DNA of 64,000 bases. It comes from Sphagnum compactum. Its lineage: Eukaryota. The notes below the pieces were generated by a model. The model saw only the letters and a list, made by a program, of their open reading frames with translations. It did not search any database and was not told the origin of the DNA. The position numbers and the translations under genes were made by a program. Every line of letters starts with the position of its first letter. The first letter of the stretch is position 1. The stretch spans positions 9,796,001 through 9,860,000 of the forward strand of contig OZ234494.1 in the NCBI GenBank assembly GCA_965153455.1, given 5' to 3'. Of this stretch, positions 53,601 to 64,000 are shown in pieces.

Positions 53601-55530
53601 TCTTCCAGAATATGACAACTCGACTTGTCAACAATTCCAAAATTCCTCTGCGGAAGGGAGCAGGCTACAATCTGGACCTTGCTGCAGTTGGAGGTAATAC
53701 ACATCTATCTACATCTCTATGAAGCATTCATGAGACACAGAAAGTCATAATTTTGGAGGTTAATCTGTGATCATGTCTGTCTGCATTACCCATTTGCAAC
53801 TTTATCTCAGGGTGGGTCACAAGTAGCTCAAAAAACCATCTACAGATTAGGCCGCACTCTTGTAGAGAAAATTACACTTTCAAAGATTCACGAGCATGAA
53901 GTGAACTAAGTAATGTTGCGGGTGTTTGCTTGTGTGCAGTGATTGTGGGATTGACTTCATTGTTTGGATTACCATGGATGGTGGCATCAGCAGTTCCTTC
54001 CCTGAACCATGTGCGCAGCCTTGTCACATTATCAAAATCCATGCACATCAGGTTCAACTTACTCATCCCTGTCTCAGAATCAGATTTTTTCCAAATGGAA
54101 AAATTTACTGCAGATTCTAATATGTAACAGCATCACCATTGCCCAGGTAACAGTTTGCATGAATGGATAATATCAGAGACCATGGGTCTGAGGGATATGG
54201 CTCTGGAAGTAGAGCAAATTGCAGGTAGAAATTGAAGTTACAAACACAGCATACTGACTCTATACTTCTGCAGCAGTGGGGACAGTGAAAATGAGCCCGA
54301 AATGTATGTATTGGAAAACCGTCTGACTGGCCTACTGATATCTGTACTTTCTCTCTGTCCCTACCTGTGTTCATATTGGCTTCAAATGGACATATTTTGT
54401 TTCTATTTCTACATCCCTGGCTTGGAATTCCTGGCCAGGTCTGAAATCCATTGCATTTTATCAGGCAGCTTCTGGTATCAGACACTCAATCTGAATTTTT
54501 TATTGGTCAATTTCCCTTCAGTAACTTAGGAGCTGAAATAGCCCTCAACAGGGGTTGCCAGATGCACATTACCAGGTTTGAACTATACATGAACTTACAT
54601 AATGGGTTTTGCAGGTTTGTGTTGGGATATCTCTGCGCTTTTGGTCTGCCATTCGTCTTGTCCCTCTTCCGGTGATTAAATCAAATCCTTCTAAATGCTT
54701 GATGGAAACAGTATGCACTCTGAGTCATTACAGCAGAAATCATGTTCTCTTTGCACAGCCAATTAGAGGCTGTAACATGTAACAATTCTCATCTTATGGG
54801 CGTTCACCTGGGACATTGAATGCTTGGGGTGATGGTAATGTGGGTACTCTTTATGTGCCACCAGGTCACAAGTGGTCTCTTTGTATTCATGGCACTTGGC
54901 ATTATAAACGGGAATCAGTTTGTAGAAAGGTGATCTGCAGTTAAAACCTTATCAACTCTGTTATAGCACACTCAATGTGTTCAAAGTCTCAAATTCACTT
55001 CTTGTGCAAAGTATAGTTAGCCAAGAGAAGAGAGAAGTTCCTAATTTACCAGTTTTCAAATCTGGAGGGTGATCTATCTCATAAGTTGTGTTCTTTCTGC
55101 AACTTCATTCTTGCTCATGTGGTGATGATGGGTACAGGGTGAAATTGTGGTTATATGACCAAAAGCTGGTTTCAAAGCACGAGTTTATGAAGGATGTGCC
55201 ACAGCATGTAGTACATGCTTTCACAGCTCTGCAGCTTGCATGCTTGTGGGGCCTTTGGTCACTGAAACAAAGTGCTTGGGGTATGCCAGCATTCTTCTCC
55301 TATTCCATTTTCCCACCTTCATCACAACTTCATGCATGCATGTACTGTTTTCTTCAATTCAGTATTTTCTGAAACTGTCAAAAGGATTGAAGAAGTCTGA
55401 CTCTTGGTTGCAACGGTTTTCTGCAGGTATCACATTTCCAATTCTGATTCTAGCACTAGTACCCATACGCCAGCTCCTGGCAGCACGCATTTTCCCTCCA
55501 CAGTACTTGGCTGTGCTTGATCCACACTAA
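50651..55530 (+). CDS. SLC4 / HCO3- transporter family anion transporter (non-BOR type) with long N-terminal transit-peptide-like extension, ~708 aa
   Basis: 14 hand-spliced GT-AG exons: 50651-51426, 51795-51856, 52119-52213, 52385-52489, 52648-52728, 52873-52980, 53172-53435, 53609-53693, 53940-54051, 54274-54343, 54615-54671, 54865-54929, 55138-55280, 55427-55530 (2127 nt, open frame). Motifs: RLPSYATDFADGLHPK, FACLAPCFAFGG, QPLTLLGPTG, YLTRFVDETF, LADFG, RPWLV, LIFLDQNMT, KGAGYNLDL, GLPWMVA, ENRLTG, GNQFVER, FPILILALVPIR. Upstream in-frame ATGs exist at 50519 and ~50567. Confidence 0.9.
52349..52374. repeat. (GT)n microsatellite in SLC4 intron 3
   Basis: About 13 GT units just upstream of the 52385 acceptor. 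Confidence 0.85.
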
Positions 55531-56599
55531 AGTGATAGACAAAACTCAATCCACAGCTATTGCATTCTGATCTGCAGCTGCTCCAGAAATCTGATCCTGC
55601 ATGAAAGATTGAAACTTTTGTTCAATTTCTAGAAGTGAAAAGAATAGTTGAAGTCTAAAATTAGCTGAGGGAGAGAGATGTATGACAAAGTTGATGTGCA
55701 TTACTGGTTGTGGCTCAGCTGCAACAATTGCTTGCTGAGAGGACATCCAGGAAAGCCATATTATGTGATCTTTCTCTTTGATTGCCATTGCCAACGATAC
55801 TGACTCTTGTGGTACTCAAATTCCTGCAATTGCCACCGTTCACAGGTATTACCAGCATTGTGCAGGTATCAGAGACATGGCACCTGATCTCCACCAGTTC
55901 TTTAGTTTCTCAGATGGTGATATTGATTGGCAAATGATGCGCAAGATATTGTGACCACCAAGTGCGCCAACAAAGAAGTATACGTATACCTTTCTGGTGG
56001 AGGAATATGTAATTTGATACTGAGAGTTAATAGGTAATACACAAAAGCTTACACCTAGTTTTACAAGTACTATAACTCTAATGAAAATATATTATTTGCA
56101 GCAATAATACATATATACACATGTTACGAGCAGAGTTTTGTTTGGAATTGAGTTTTTGAACAGACCAGGCTAGTCTTTGAATTAAGTACTCTTGAAATTT
56201 TCATACCAGCCTGATCATGCTATTTATTATTGGGTGCTTTTCAAACTTTCATACCATTTTGGTCTCGGTGTTGGGTCCGAGGCTGGTTTTTGGCTGGTAT
56301 GTATGTACTTGACATTGAACCTCATCCAAAATTGGTACAAAAGGTTTGTATTACCTCAAGTCTCTTTTGGCAATAACTTGTGCTGCAAATATTCAAATGG
56401 CTCATGTGAGTTCATTTTCGACATTTACACGTCAATAACTTTCTAACGACATAAAGAACTCTTCAATGTGAGGTGTTTTGACTCCTGCAATCGAACTCTA
56501 AAGTTTCAAGAGTCCGACTAAGCTGGTGTGGATACAACACTAGTATTGACTCAGGTCACACCATCCCCGAAAGATCCTTTGCTTATTATCAGTGTTGAT

Positions 56600-56850
56600 A
56601 CTTGCTACTATCCTCGTTCGGACCTAGGCTGGTTAGGCATTAATTAATTCTTTTTGGGTTTGCTGAAAATTCTGAAAAATAGGAAAGAAAAATCTCATGC
56701 ACACTAGCTTCATTATATTTAATATAGTGCCTAACTGTTAAAAATAATGATTTTTACTGCTGAAAGAAAATGACCAAATAATAATAATAACAATAATAAT
56801 AATAATAATAATTAGGCATCTTGCTGCTGAACCAGCCCAAGTACTACCAT
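56600..56850 (-). mobile_element. Second, inverted copy of the MITE at 11243-11486
   Basis: Reverse complement reads GTAGTACTTGGGCTGGTTCAGCAGCAAGATGCCTAAT...CAGTAAAAAT...TTAGGCACTATATTAA..AATGAAGCTAGTGTGC, collinear with 11242-11370. Confidence 0.6.
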
Positions 56851-57940
56851 GGTGTTGATATAGGCACAAGCTTGTACATTAGACAAATACCGATAACCTA
56901 GGGTTAGTTTCCACATTGAGAAAACAAATAATTATTTTTTTTCAAAAAATGAATTAGTTTAATTTTTTTGAAATTAATTACATTTTTTCCCATCATCTAG
57001 TATAATATTATGATATATAAGTAGTGTGAAATTATTCAGAGTGTAACATATGATAATTGTGATGATTTTGAACATGTAAACTTCATATTTTCACAAAATT
57101 TCATTTCACTATTTTGAGGATTGTTTAACGATGAAACTGACCTTAGGGTAAGGTACTGGTTAAAGAGCAAGTTATAGGGTATCATAAAAGGTAGTACACA
57201 AGCAAGAGAATGTAGGCATCAAGTTCCAAGGTGATCGATCATGTAGTAAGCAAAAGTTTGTCTTGGTGCTTATGACAACCATCTTTTATGATATATTTTT
57301 GTAGGTGCCATGCATTAGCGGGGTTTTAAAACTAGTTGAAAAACACCACCCTTTCATTTTATCAGCATATTCGTTACAAGAAGTATTCAACCTCATCTTA
57401 CAATTGTGCAAATGTGATTCATTATGTTTTTCTCCAAACAAAAAGGTATTGCAGGCAAGTCCTTGACAATACCATTGGATTTTACTTAGGCCCGCTTTAA
57501 ACTAGGGGTTAGGTCCAATGTTCAACCCAAATCAAGCATTCCTATTGGTGCAAAAGTTGAAATCGGCCCCAAGGCCTTTACCCGAGGAGTCAAGGCTGAA
57601 ATAGAAAAAAATAATTTCAATCTGCCCCAAGCTACTAATAAACGCTGAACTTTACAGCCTTGTAAGTATTGGCCCCCCAAGGCTGAAAAAAGGATACCAT
57701 CGAATGAATTCGGGAAGCCAATTTGCAACCCTTGGGGCCAATGTTCCAGCAATTATTAATGATTGGATGTTCTAGCATTTATTAGTAACTTGGGTCGAAA
57801 CAACAAGCCAAAAATGCTCAAAGTTGGCCCCAAGTTTTTTCCGCCCTCACTCCTAGTGTAAAGGGGGCCTTAATATAAGATCTCTGTAATTGAGGTTTTA
57901 CGCAAATTGAACACTTCCATGTGGTAAGTTAGCACACACT

Positions 57941-58170
57941 CCATAGGGTTACAATTATCCAGTCTCGAACAGGCCATTATTCATCCATAGGTCATTATTC
58001 ATCCATAGGGTTACAATTATCCAGTCTCGAACAGGCCATTATTCATCCATAGGTCATTATTCATCCATAGGGTTACAATTATCCAGTCTCGAACAGGCCA
58101 TTATTCATCCATGGGTCATTATTCATCCATAGGGTTACAATTATCCAGTCTCGAACAGGCCATTATTCAT
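57941..58170. repeat. Near-perfect 62-bp tandem repeat, 3.7 copies
   Basis: Units start at 57941, 58003, 58065 and 58127: ccatagggttacaattatccagtctcgaacaggccattattcatccataggtcattattcat. Confidence 0.95.
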
Positions 58171-59371
58171 CACCCTGTTTGATCTTCATGACCTGTTGAA
58201 GAAAAGGATAACTGTATGGACAGTCCCCAGCACACCGTGACGAATGGATGGATCATCATAGTGGCCGTGATGAATGGATGGACATCATAGTGGCCGGGCA
58301 GGTGGACAAGAAACACTTTTTCATTGGGTTCCCATTTCCTTGACTAACCACAGTGGTTAAGCTTAGCTCAATGGTTAACTCTGTTGCTGTGTGTTAACTG
58401 CATACCTGGTGAGCACTCTGTCCATCTTAATATCACCCTGTAAGTAAGTAAGTAACCTCTGGCACTTCCTCCAGCATGTGAAAGCCCAGGTTAAATCAAG
58501 TTGCTTCTGAGGTGCAGTAGAAAAATTGTCATATGCCTACTACTACTTACTTCCCTTCATTAAACTGCAATAAGACTTGGTACTTGCATGTCGCAACTGT
58601 CATACTTGCACATCGCAAAAGCCGGCTCCTCCATCACACAATCCAATGAGTGTGCCACCAACTCAAGAAACGATAGTGATTTTAGCTTGTATTTTGGTGC
58701 TTTTTGTGATGTTCATGGTATGAGCATTGAGCATCTACAATGAGTTTTTGCTTGCAAACATTGTCACCATAGAAAGTGCATACTATGGTATTATATTGTG
58801 CCATGTTTGTAAAGGTATTATATGTGTTGTTGAGTAACGCACATGCATGTGCACACACAACCATACATACATGATTATGTTAACAATGTAGTTTGTTTAT
58901 TTTGTTTGTCATGTTGAGATCTCTTGAGCCATGGTCTCACCCCCCACCCCCCACACTTGGTATCGTTGGAAAGCCCTTAATGAGTAGGGTGCATCAAGGT
59001 GGTTTTGTAATATTTAGACCTATGGTGCAAGAGTTATTATATATTGAAGGATTTTGTTGAAGACAAAAAGTACCCAAAATTAAAGCTTTTAGAGAAATTG
59101 GGGTATGCTCTTGGTATTGTTGGGAACAATGATTTTTTTTTGGGGGCAACATTTCACACCTTGGTTACAACAAAAAAAAGGGGAGGGGTGTGACAAAAAA
59201 CTAGGGCACACAATAATCAAAACAAGGAACACATATATTAAATGGTAGAGACTCTTAGAATTACACAATGGCTTGAGCTTGTGGTCACCTAATTGATATC
59301 CTATGGCCACCTTAATTCCTGCTTTCACCAACAAAGATAGGCTTGAGGTCTTAAAGGGGTCAGATCACTTT

Positions 59372-62062
59372 GATCTCTCTCTCTTGAGCCCACTTGCCTT
59401 CCTTCTCCTCTCAATTTCTTTAAACCACATAAACCTAAAACAACATTAAACTTCCACAAGAACCCAAGTCCTAAATTACACTTTAGACCCTTGAGTCCAA
59501 ATAGATTGCATAAACCAGTACTCATGACACCAACCCTCAAATTGACAACACTTAAAAGCAAGAAAACAACACACTTCAACTCCCCATTGATTGTTTCACA
59601 AGTTTTACAAAGAACCCCTTTACATGATCCACCTTGTAAAATTCAACGGACTATGACTGTTTTTCGGAGTTCCCAATAATTAAGGTGTTATATCATGATA
59701 TGGAGATCAACAACACTCACACACAAATCAACCCAACACACACACATTGAGAAGATTCTAGGCCGCTTTTGAGACCCTAGGATCTTCATCATCCCCCTCG
59801 TCATCAACCTTCCAACCCAACTCCTAGACTAGATTTATGCCTCTCAAAGTACATTGCATAGTGGATTTCTCTGTACTTCAGTTCGAGCTCCAAAAATTTA
59901 ACCTTCCTTCTCTAAAAACCTCTACCAAAACCAATGCATCCCCCCTTCCCCACTTATCTGCTTTTGTTGTTTTGCTTTCTTCCGCTCCATAGCGAGAATT
60001 CCACCAACTTCCCATTGCTTGGTAGCTCCCTTGCTTCACATTCAGCCAACGTCTAGTAATATCCACTACAGTTCGTTCATCCCAAATAAAAGAAAACGAC
60101 ATAAAAACATCAAAGCCATAAACACCACCACATCTCCATCATTCCTTTTCCTTATTTCCATTGTTGTCATGTGTAAACACTCCCAGTCGAAAACAGCAGA
60201 AAACGTTATTCTTGAATTTGAACTTCTCCACCATTAGCTACGTCATTTCCTCCAAGGTGAGTTTTTCCTCTTCCACATTAGTGAATGCAGCAAGGCTATT
60301 ATCACATGTGAGCCTTTGGGTTCTTCTAGTTAACACCATGAAAGGAGAGAATTTAGTGCTGGCACGAACACCACTTTTATAGCCAAACAGAATCCGGGGT
60401 GACTGGAGGTCCTAATTATCCAAATTAGTAGATGACACAACAAATAATCCATTCTTCAAGGTTTTAATCATCCTCTCCACCATCTCATTGCATTGGGGCC
60501 ATTGTGGAGTTGTGAACTAATGAGTAATCCCATATTTCTTACACATCAGGTCAAATTCAGCCATCCACTCACCTCCATTATGAGTGAGAATGAATCTGGG
60601 CACACCAACTGCATACGATTTCCTCTTCCAAAAATCTTGTGGCAGTAGCAACATCATGATCCTTAACAGGCTTTGCTTCACACCACTTTGAGTAGTGGTC
60701 AATGGCAACTAGAGCATACCTATTTTCATCTTTAGTTTTAGGCAAAAGCCCAATAGTATTTAATGCCACCCAATAGAATAGGTCATACACAAAAATGTTT
60801 TTCATTTCCTAAACATTTGATCTAATATTTCCTGAACTTTTGGCAAGCTGACAACGTTGGAATTGTCTCACCACAGTCCTCACAGTTTCTGTTCTGTCAT
60901 GCCAGAAAAATCTTTTCTTAACCTCAGTTAGTGTTCTTCCTTCACTAAAGTGCCCAATCTCCTCATGTATGTCTCTAACCAGCGCCTTTCTTTCCTCGGG
61001 CTTTGGCACCACCAGATTCTTGAAGAACAACATATCTTCTCTCCAGTGGTAATTCAATAGTCTTCTTTTGGTTCGGTCAACTTCAATACCATCATCCAGC
61101 ACTTGGTCCAAAGTGCTTCCAGACAATAGGATCATGCAAGTTTCATCCTTTCAGATGTCCATCTGTTTCTTTGTTTCTTCTATTTCAATGTCCTCCTCAC
61201 TATTACTCACGATCTCTCTCTCTTAAGCCCACTAGCCTTCCTTCTCCTCTCAATTTCTTTAAACCACATAAACCCAAAACAACATTAAACTTCCACAAGA
61301 ACCCAAGTCCCATATTACATTTTGTAACATAGACCTTGAGTCCAAATAGGTTGCATAAACCAGTACTCATGACACCATCCCTCAAATTGATAGCACATAA
61401 AAGCAAGAAAACAACACACTTCAACTCCCCATTGACTGTTTCACAAGTTTTACAAAGAACCATAGCCCCTTTACATGATCCACCTTGTAAAATTCAACGA
61501 ACTATGACTATTCTTCGGAGTTCCTAGTAATTAAGGTGTTATCTCATGATATGTAGATTAACAACACTCACACACAAATCAACTCGACACACACACATTG
61601 AAAAGATTCTAGCCTGTTATTGAGACCCTTAGGATCTTCATCATCCCCCTCGTCATCAACCTTCCAACCCAACTCCTAGACTAGATTTATGCGTCTCAAA
61701 GTACATTGCGGAGCGGATATCTCTGTATTTCAATTCGAGCTCCAAAAATCTAGCCTTCCTTCTTTAAAAACCTCTACCAAAACCAATGCATCCCCCCTTC
61801 CCCACTTATTTGATTTTGTTGTTCTGTTTTCTTTCACTCCACAGCGAGAGTTCCACTGGCTCCCCATCGCTTGGTAGCTCCCTTGCTTCACATTTAGCCA
61901 GCATCCAGTTATATGCACTGTAGCTCATTCATCCCAAATAAAAGAAAACACATAAAAACATCAAAACCATAAACACCACTGCATCTCCATCACTCGTTTT
62001 CCTTGTTTCCATTGTTGTCGTGTGTAAACACTCCTAGCCAAAAATCGGAGAAAACGTTCTTC
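59372..62062 (-). mobile_element. Internally deleted Ty3/Gypsy derivative: integrase remnant between ~850-bp direct repeats
   Basis: Direct repeats at ~59372-60212 and ~61211-62062. Between them on the minus strand lie integrase zinc-binding (IHEEIGHF...KKRFFW...CQLAK) and core (VALNTIG.LPKT..NRYALVAIDHYSKWCEA; ILTHNGGEW) fragments. Confidence 0.88.
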
Positions 62063-64000
62063 CTGTAAACCCTAAAACTTCTTCCTATTCACATCCAAAC
62101 CCTAAAGTTAAAAATTTGTTACAAGGCCTTGTGACAAGAACAAAGGTTTTTTTCTTCGAAAAAGATGGCCCTTTGTTGCCACATTATGAACAACTTCTCT
62201 TTGAAGTCACCATATTTGTTGTAGCATGTTGCCAAAGTATAGCCTAAACTTTTCTATTGTCCTCTTGAGATGTAGACAAATTTCAAGCAAATTTTCAAGT
62301 ATTGTATGAAGTCCATTGGTGATGCCAAAGTTTGGGAATTTTTAAAAATTCTTTCATTTTGTGGGTTGAATTAGTGGTGGTTTGCTGGGAAGGTGGGTTC
62401 ATATACAAGATCAAGTACCTAGTTCCCTAATAGCTATCACAATACCTTACCTTTGTGTCAATAGAAAGACTCTTTGACAATTGACTCAGTTAGCTTAACT
62501 ATCCTCTAAATGGGACACCAAAGAAATAAAATGGGATTTAGGTTCAATGAATGTGAATATATAGTTGTGAAGAACTACTTGTAGAATTTCATTTGTTGAA
62601 TATGACCATCAAGCCAAGTTGTGAAATAACTAAAACAAGTAGAATTTTACTTCTTGGGAACATGATTTCTATAAAATTGTTCCAAAACTAGTTGTGGTTT
62701 TGTATTTTAATCATAAAGCATCAAGCAAATTTTTGTAGTGTAATTGGAGAGGACCTTTAATACATAAAAGTTGTCCACTTCTCCTCTTTGAAGGATGGGT
62801 GTTTCAAAAGAATGTAATGCTCACTCGGATTGACATTTTGTTTTTGGAACACGTGCTTTCTTTCTTCTTGTGATACGTAACAAGTATCTGCTGGGTATCA
62901 TGGGAAAAAAATAAAAATTGCCTAATGCTTTATGCTCAATAAAGCTCTTGACCACGGGCTTTACCCAAGTCGGTCCTGCCTCACACAGGCCCTTAGTCCC
63001 ATAAAGCCCACAACCTCAGACTTTAGCCTGAAAACCAAAAGCACCTTTCAAGATATGATGAAACAAAGAAACTGGCTACTAATCAAGAGCTTGCCACCAC
63101 CCTTCCCTCTCCTTCCCCCTCCCCCCTCCCCTCTCTTTGGCATCAACATGTAGGCAAGCCTCATGTGCAAATTGGATGAAAATCATTGTCAAGTTCATTC
63201 TTGAAATCAATGTACAATAATATAATTCATTTACCCAGTCCCCAATGGTATCATCAAAACTAGTGCTGAGAGTACTATTCAAATCTTGATCAACAATTTT
63301 CTTGGTTCATGTTCATTGACGCACAAGATTGTCTAAGACTCAACCTAAAAGGGTTCATAGCAATGAAAGCACATTATTGGCAAATATTATTATGGACTTT
63401 ATAGAAGTGAATTGACCAGGTATTTATTCCAAGTGCATAATAAATAGCATTTAATCCAAGGTGTTGTCATTTTGGATAAGTGAAAGTGCATGAGAGGCCA
63501 ACTCCTGGCCAGGGCTGAAAATGAGAAAAAGTGACAGAAGGAGGGGAAATGCACATGACAAGCTCCCCCCCCTCCCCCCCCTAATGTACACACCAGTTGA
63601 ACCCAACACTTATTAGACAACTTTGAACCAATGACAGACATATATTTTTGTTGCAAATCAAGCCATTCTTTTCACCTTTGAGAACTTCAACACAAGAAGA
63701 AACTAATAAATCCTTGCCAAACTTCCAACCAAAGAAGTGAGGAGTGATGACCATAATACATACTCCCCTACAGTCTTTTTCATTGACCCGTTCCAATGGC
63801 ACGGACGTTCGTTGTACCATTTAGTCGAAGGAAGGGTCGGTCATTTTCAAATCGTTGTACAACATGATCTCCGATCTCCAATCTAATGTGTCGTATGAAG
63901 TGTACCCCTGCAATTGGATTTTTGAACTGGAATGGATTTGGAATTTTCATTAAAAAGAAAACAATGCAAGTTGGAACTGACATTGGAAGTTTAGGAATTT

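Noticed and set aside
50519-55530. Annotation as canonical boron transporter BOR1
   Set aside because: BOR-diagnostic motifs (GVAEP, FDHSVA, PPSNG.PQSPMH) are absent, so no gene symbol was assigned.
63100-64000. Exon-like minus-strand fragments at the window end
   Set aside because: In-frame stops and no recognisable domain; cannot be supported without flanking sequence.
1-64000. tRNA, rRNA or conserved plant miRNA (miR156/160/166/171/319/390/408 etc.)
   Set aside because: No match recognised by eye; a covariance-model search was not possible.

Overview
Eukaryotic, intron-rich, AT-rich plant genomic DNA. Gene content and repeat style suggest a bryophyte, possibly Sphagnum-like (inference, not provable from the sequence alone). 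Two intact genes can be reconstructed by hand. (1) A minus-strand, 4-coding-exon, plant 2OG-Fe(II) oxygenase-fold protein (4507->2039). Its last exon overlaps a second, spliced ORF encoding an ARID DNA-binding domain (2088->1487). (2) A plus-strand, 14-exon SLC4/HCO3- transporter-family gene (50651->55530, ~708 aa). It has SLC4-type rather than plant BOR-type motifs and a long N-terminal extension resembling a plastid transit peptide. Between and around them are a degenerate hAT transposase, a 5'-truncated non-chromoviral Ty3/Gypsy element with an extra ORF region and 3' LTR, a LINE RT remnant, a head-to-tail short-LTR Gypsy derivative, solo-LTR-like repeats, MITEs, several tandem repeats and several exon-like fragments I could not assign. 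The two best candidates for undescribed biology are the oxygenase/ARID splice-or-readthrough arrangement and the putatively plastid-targeted non-BOR SLC4.
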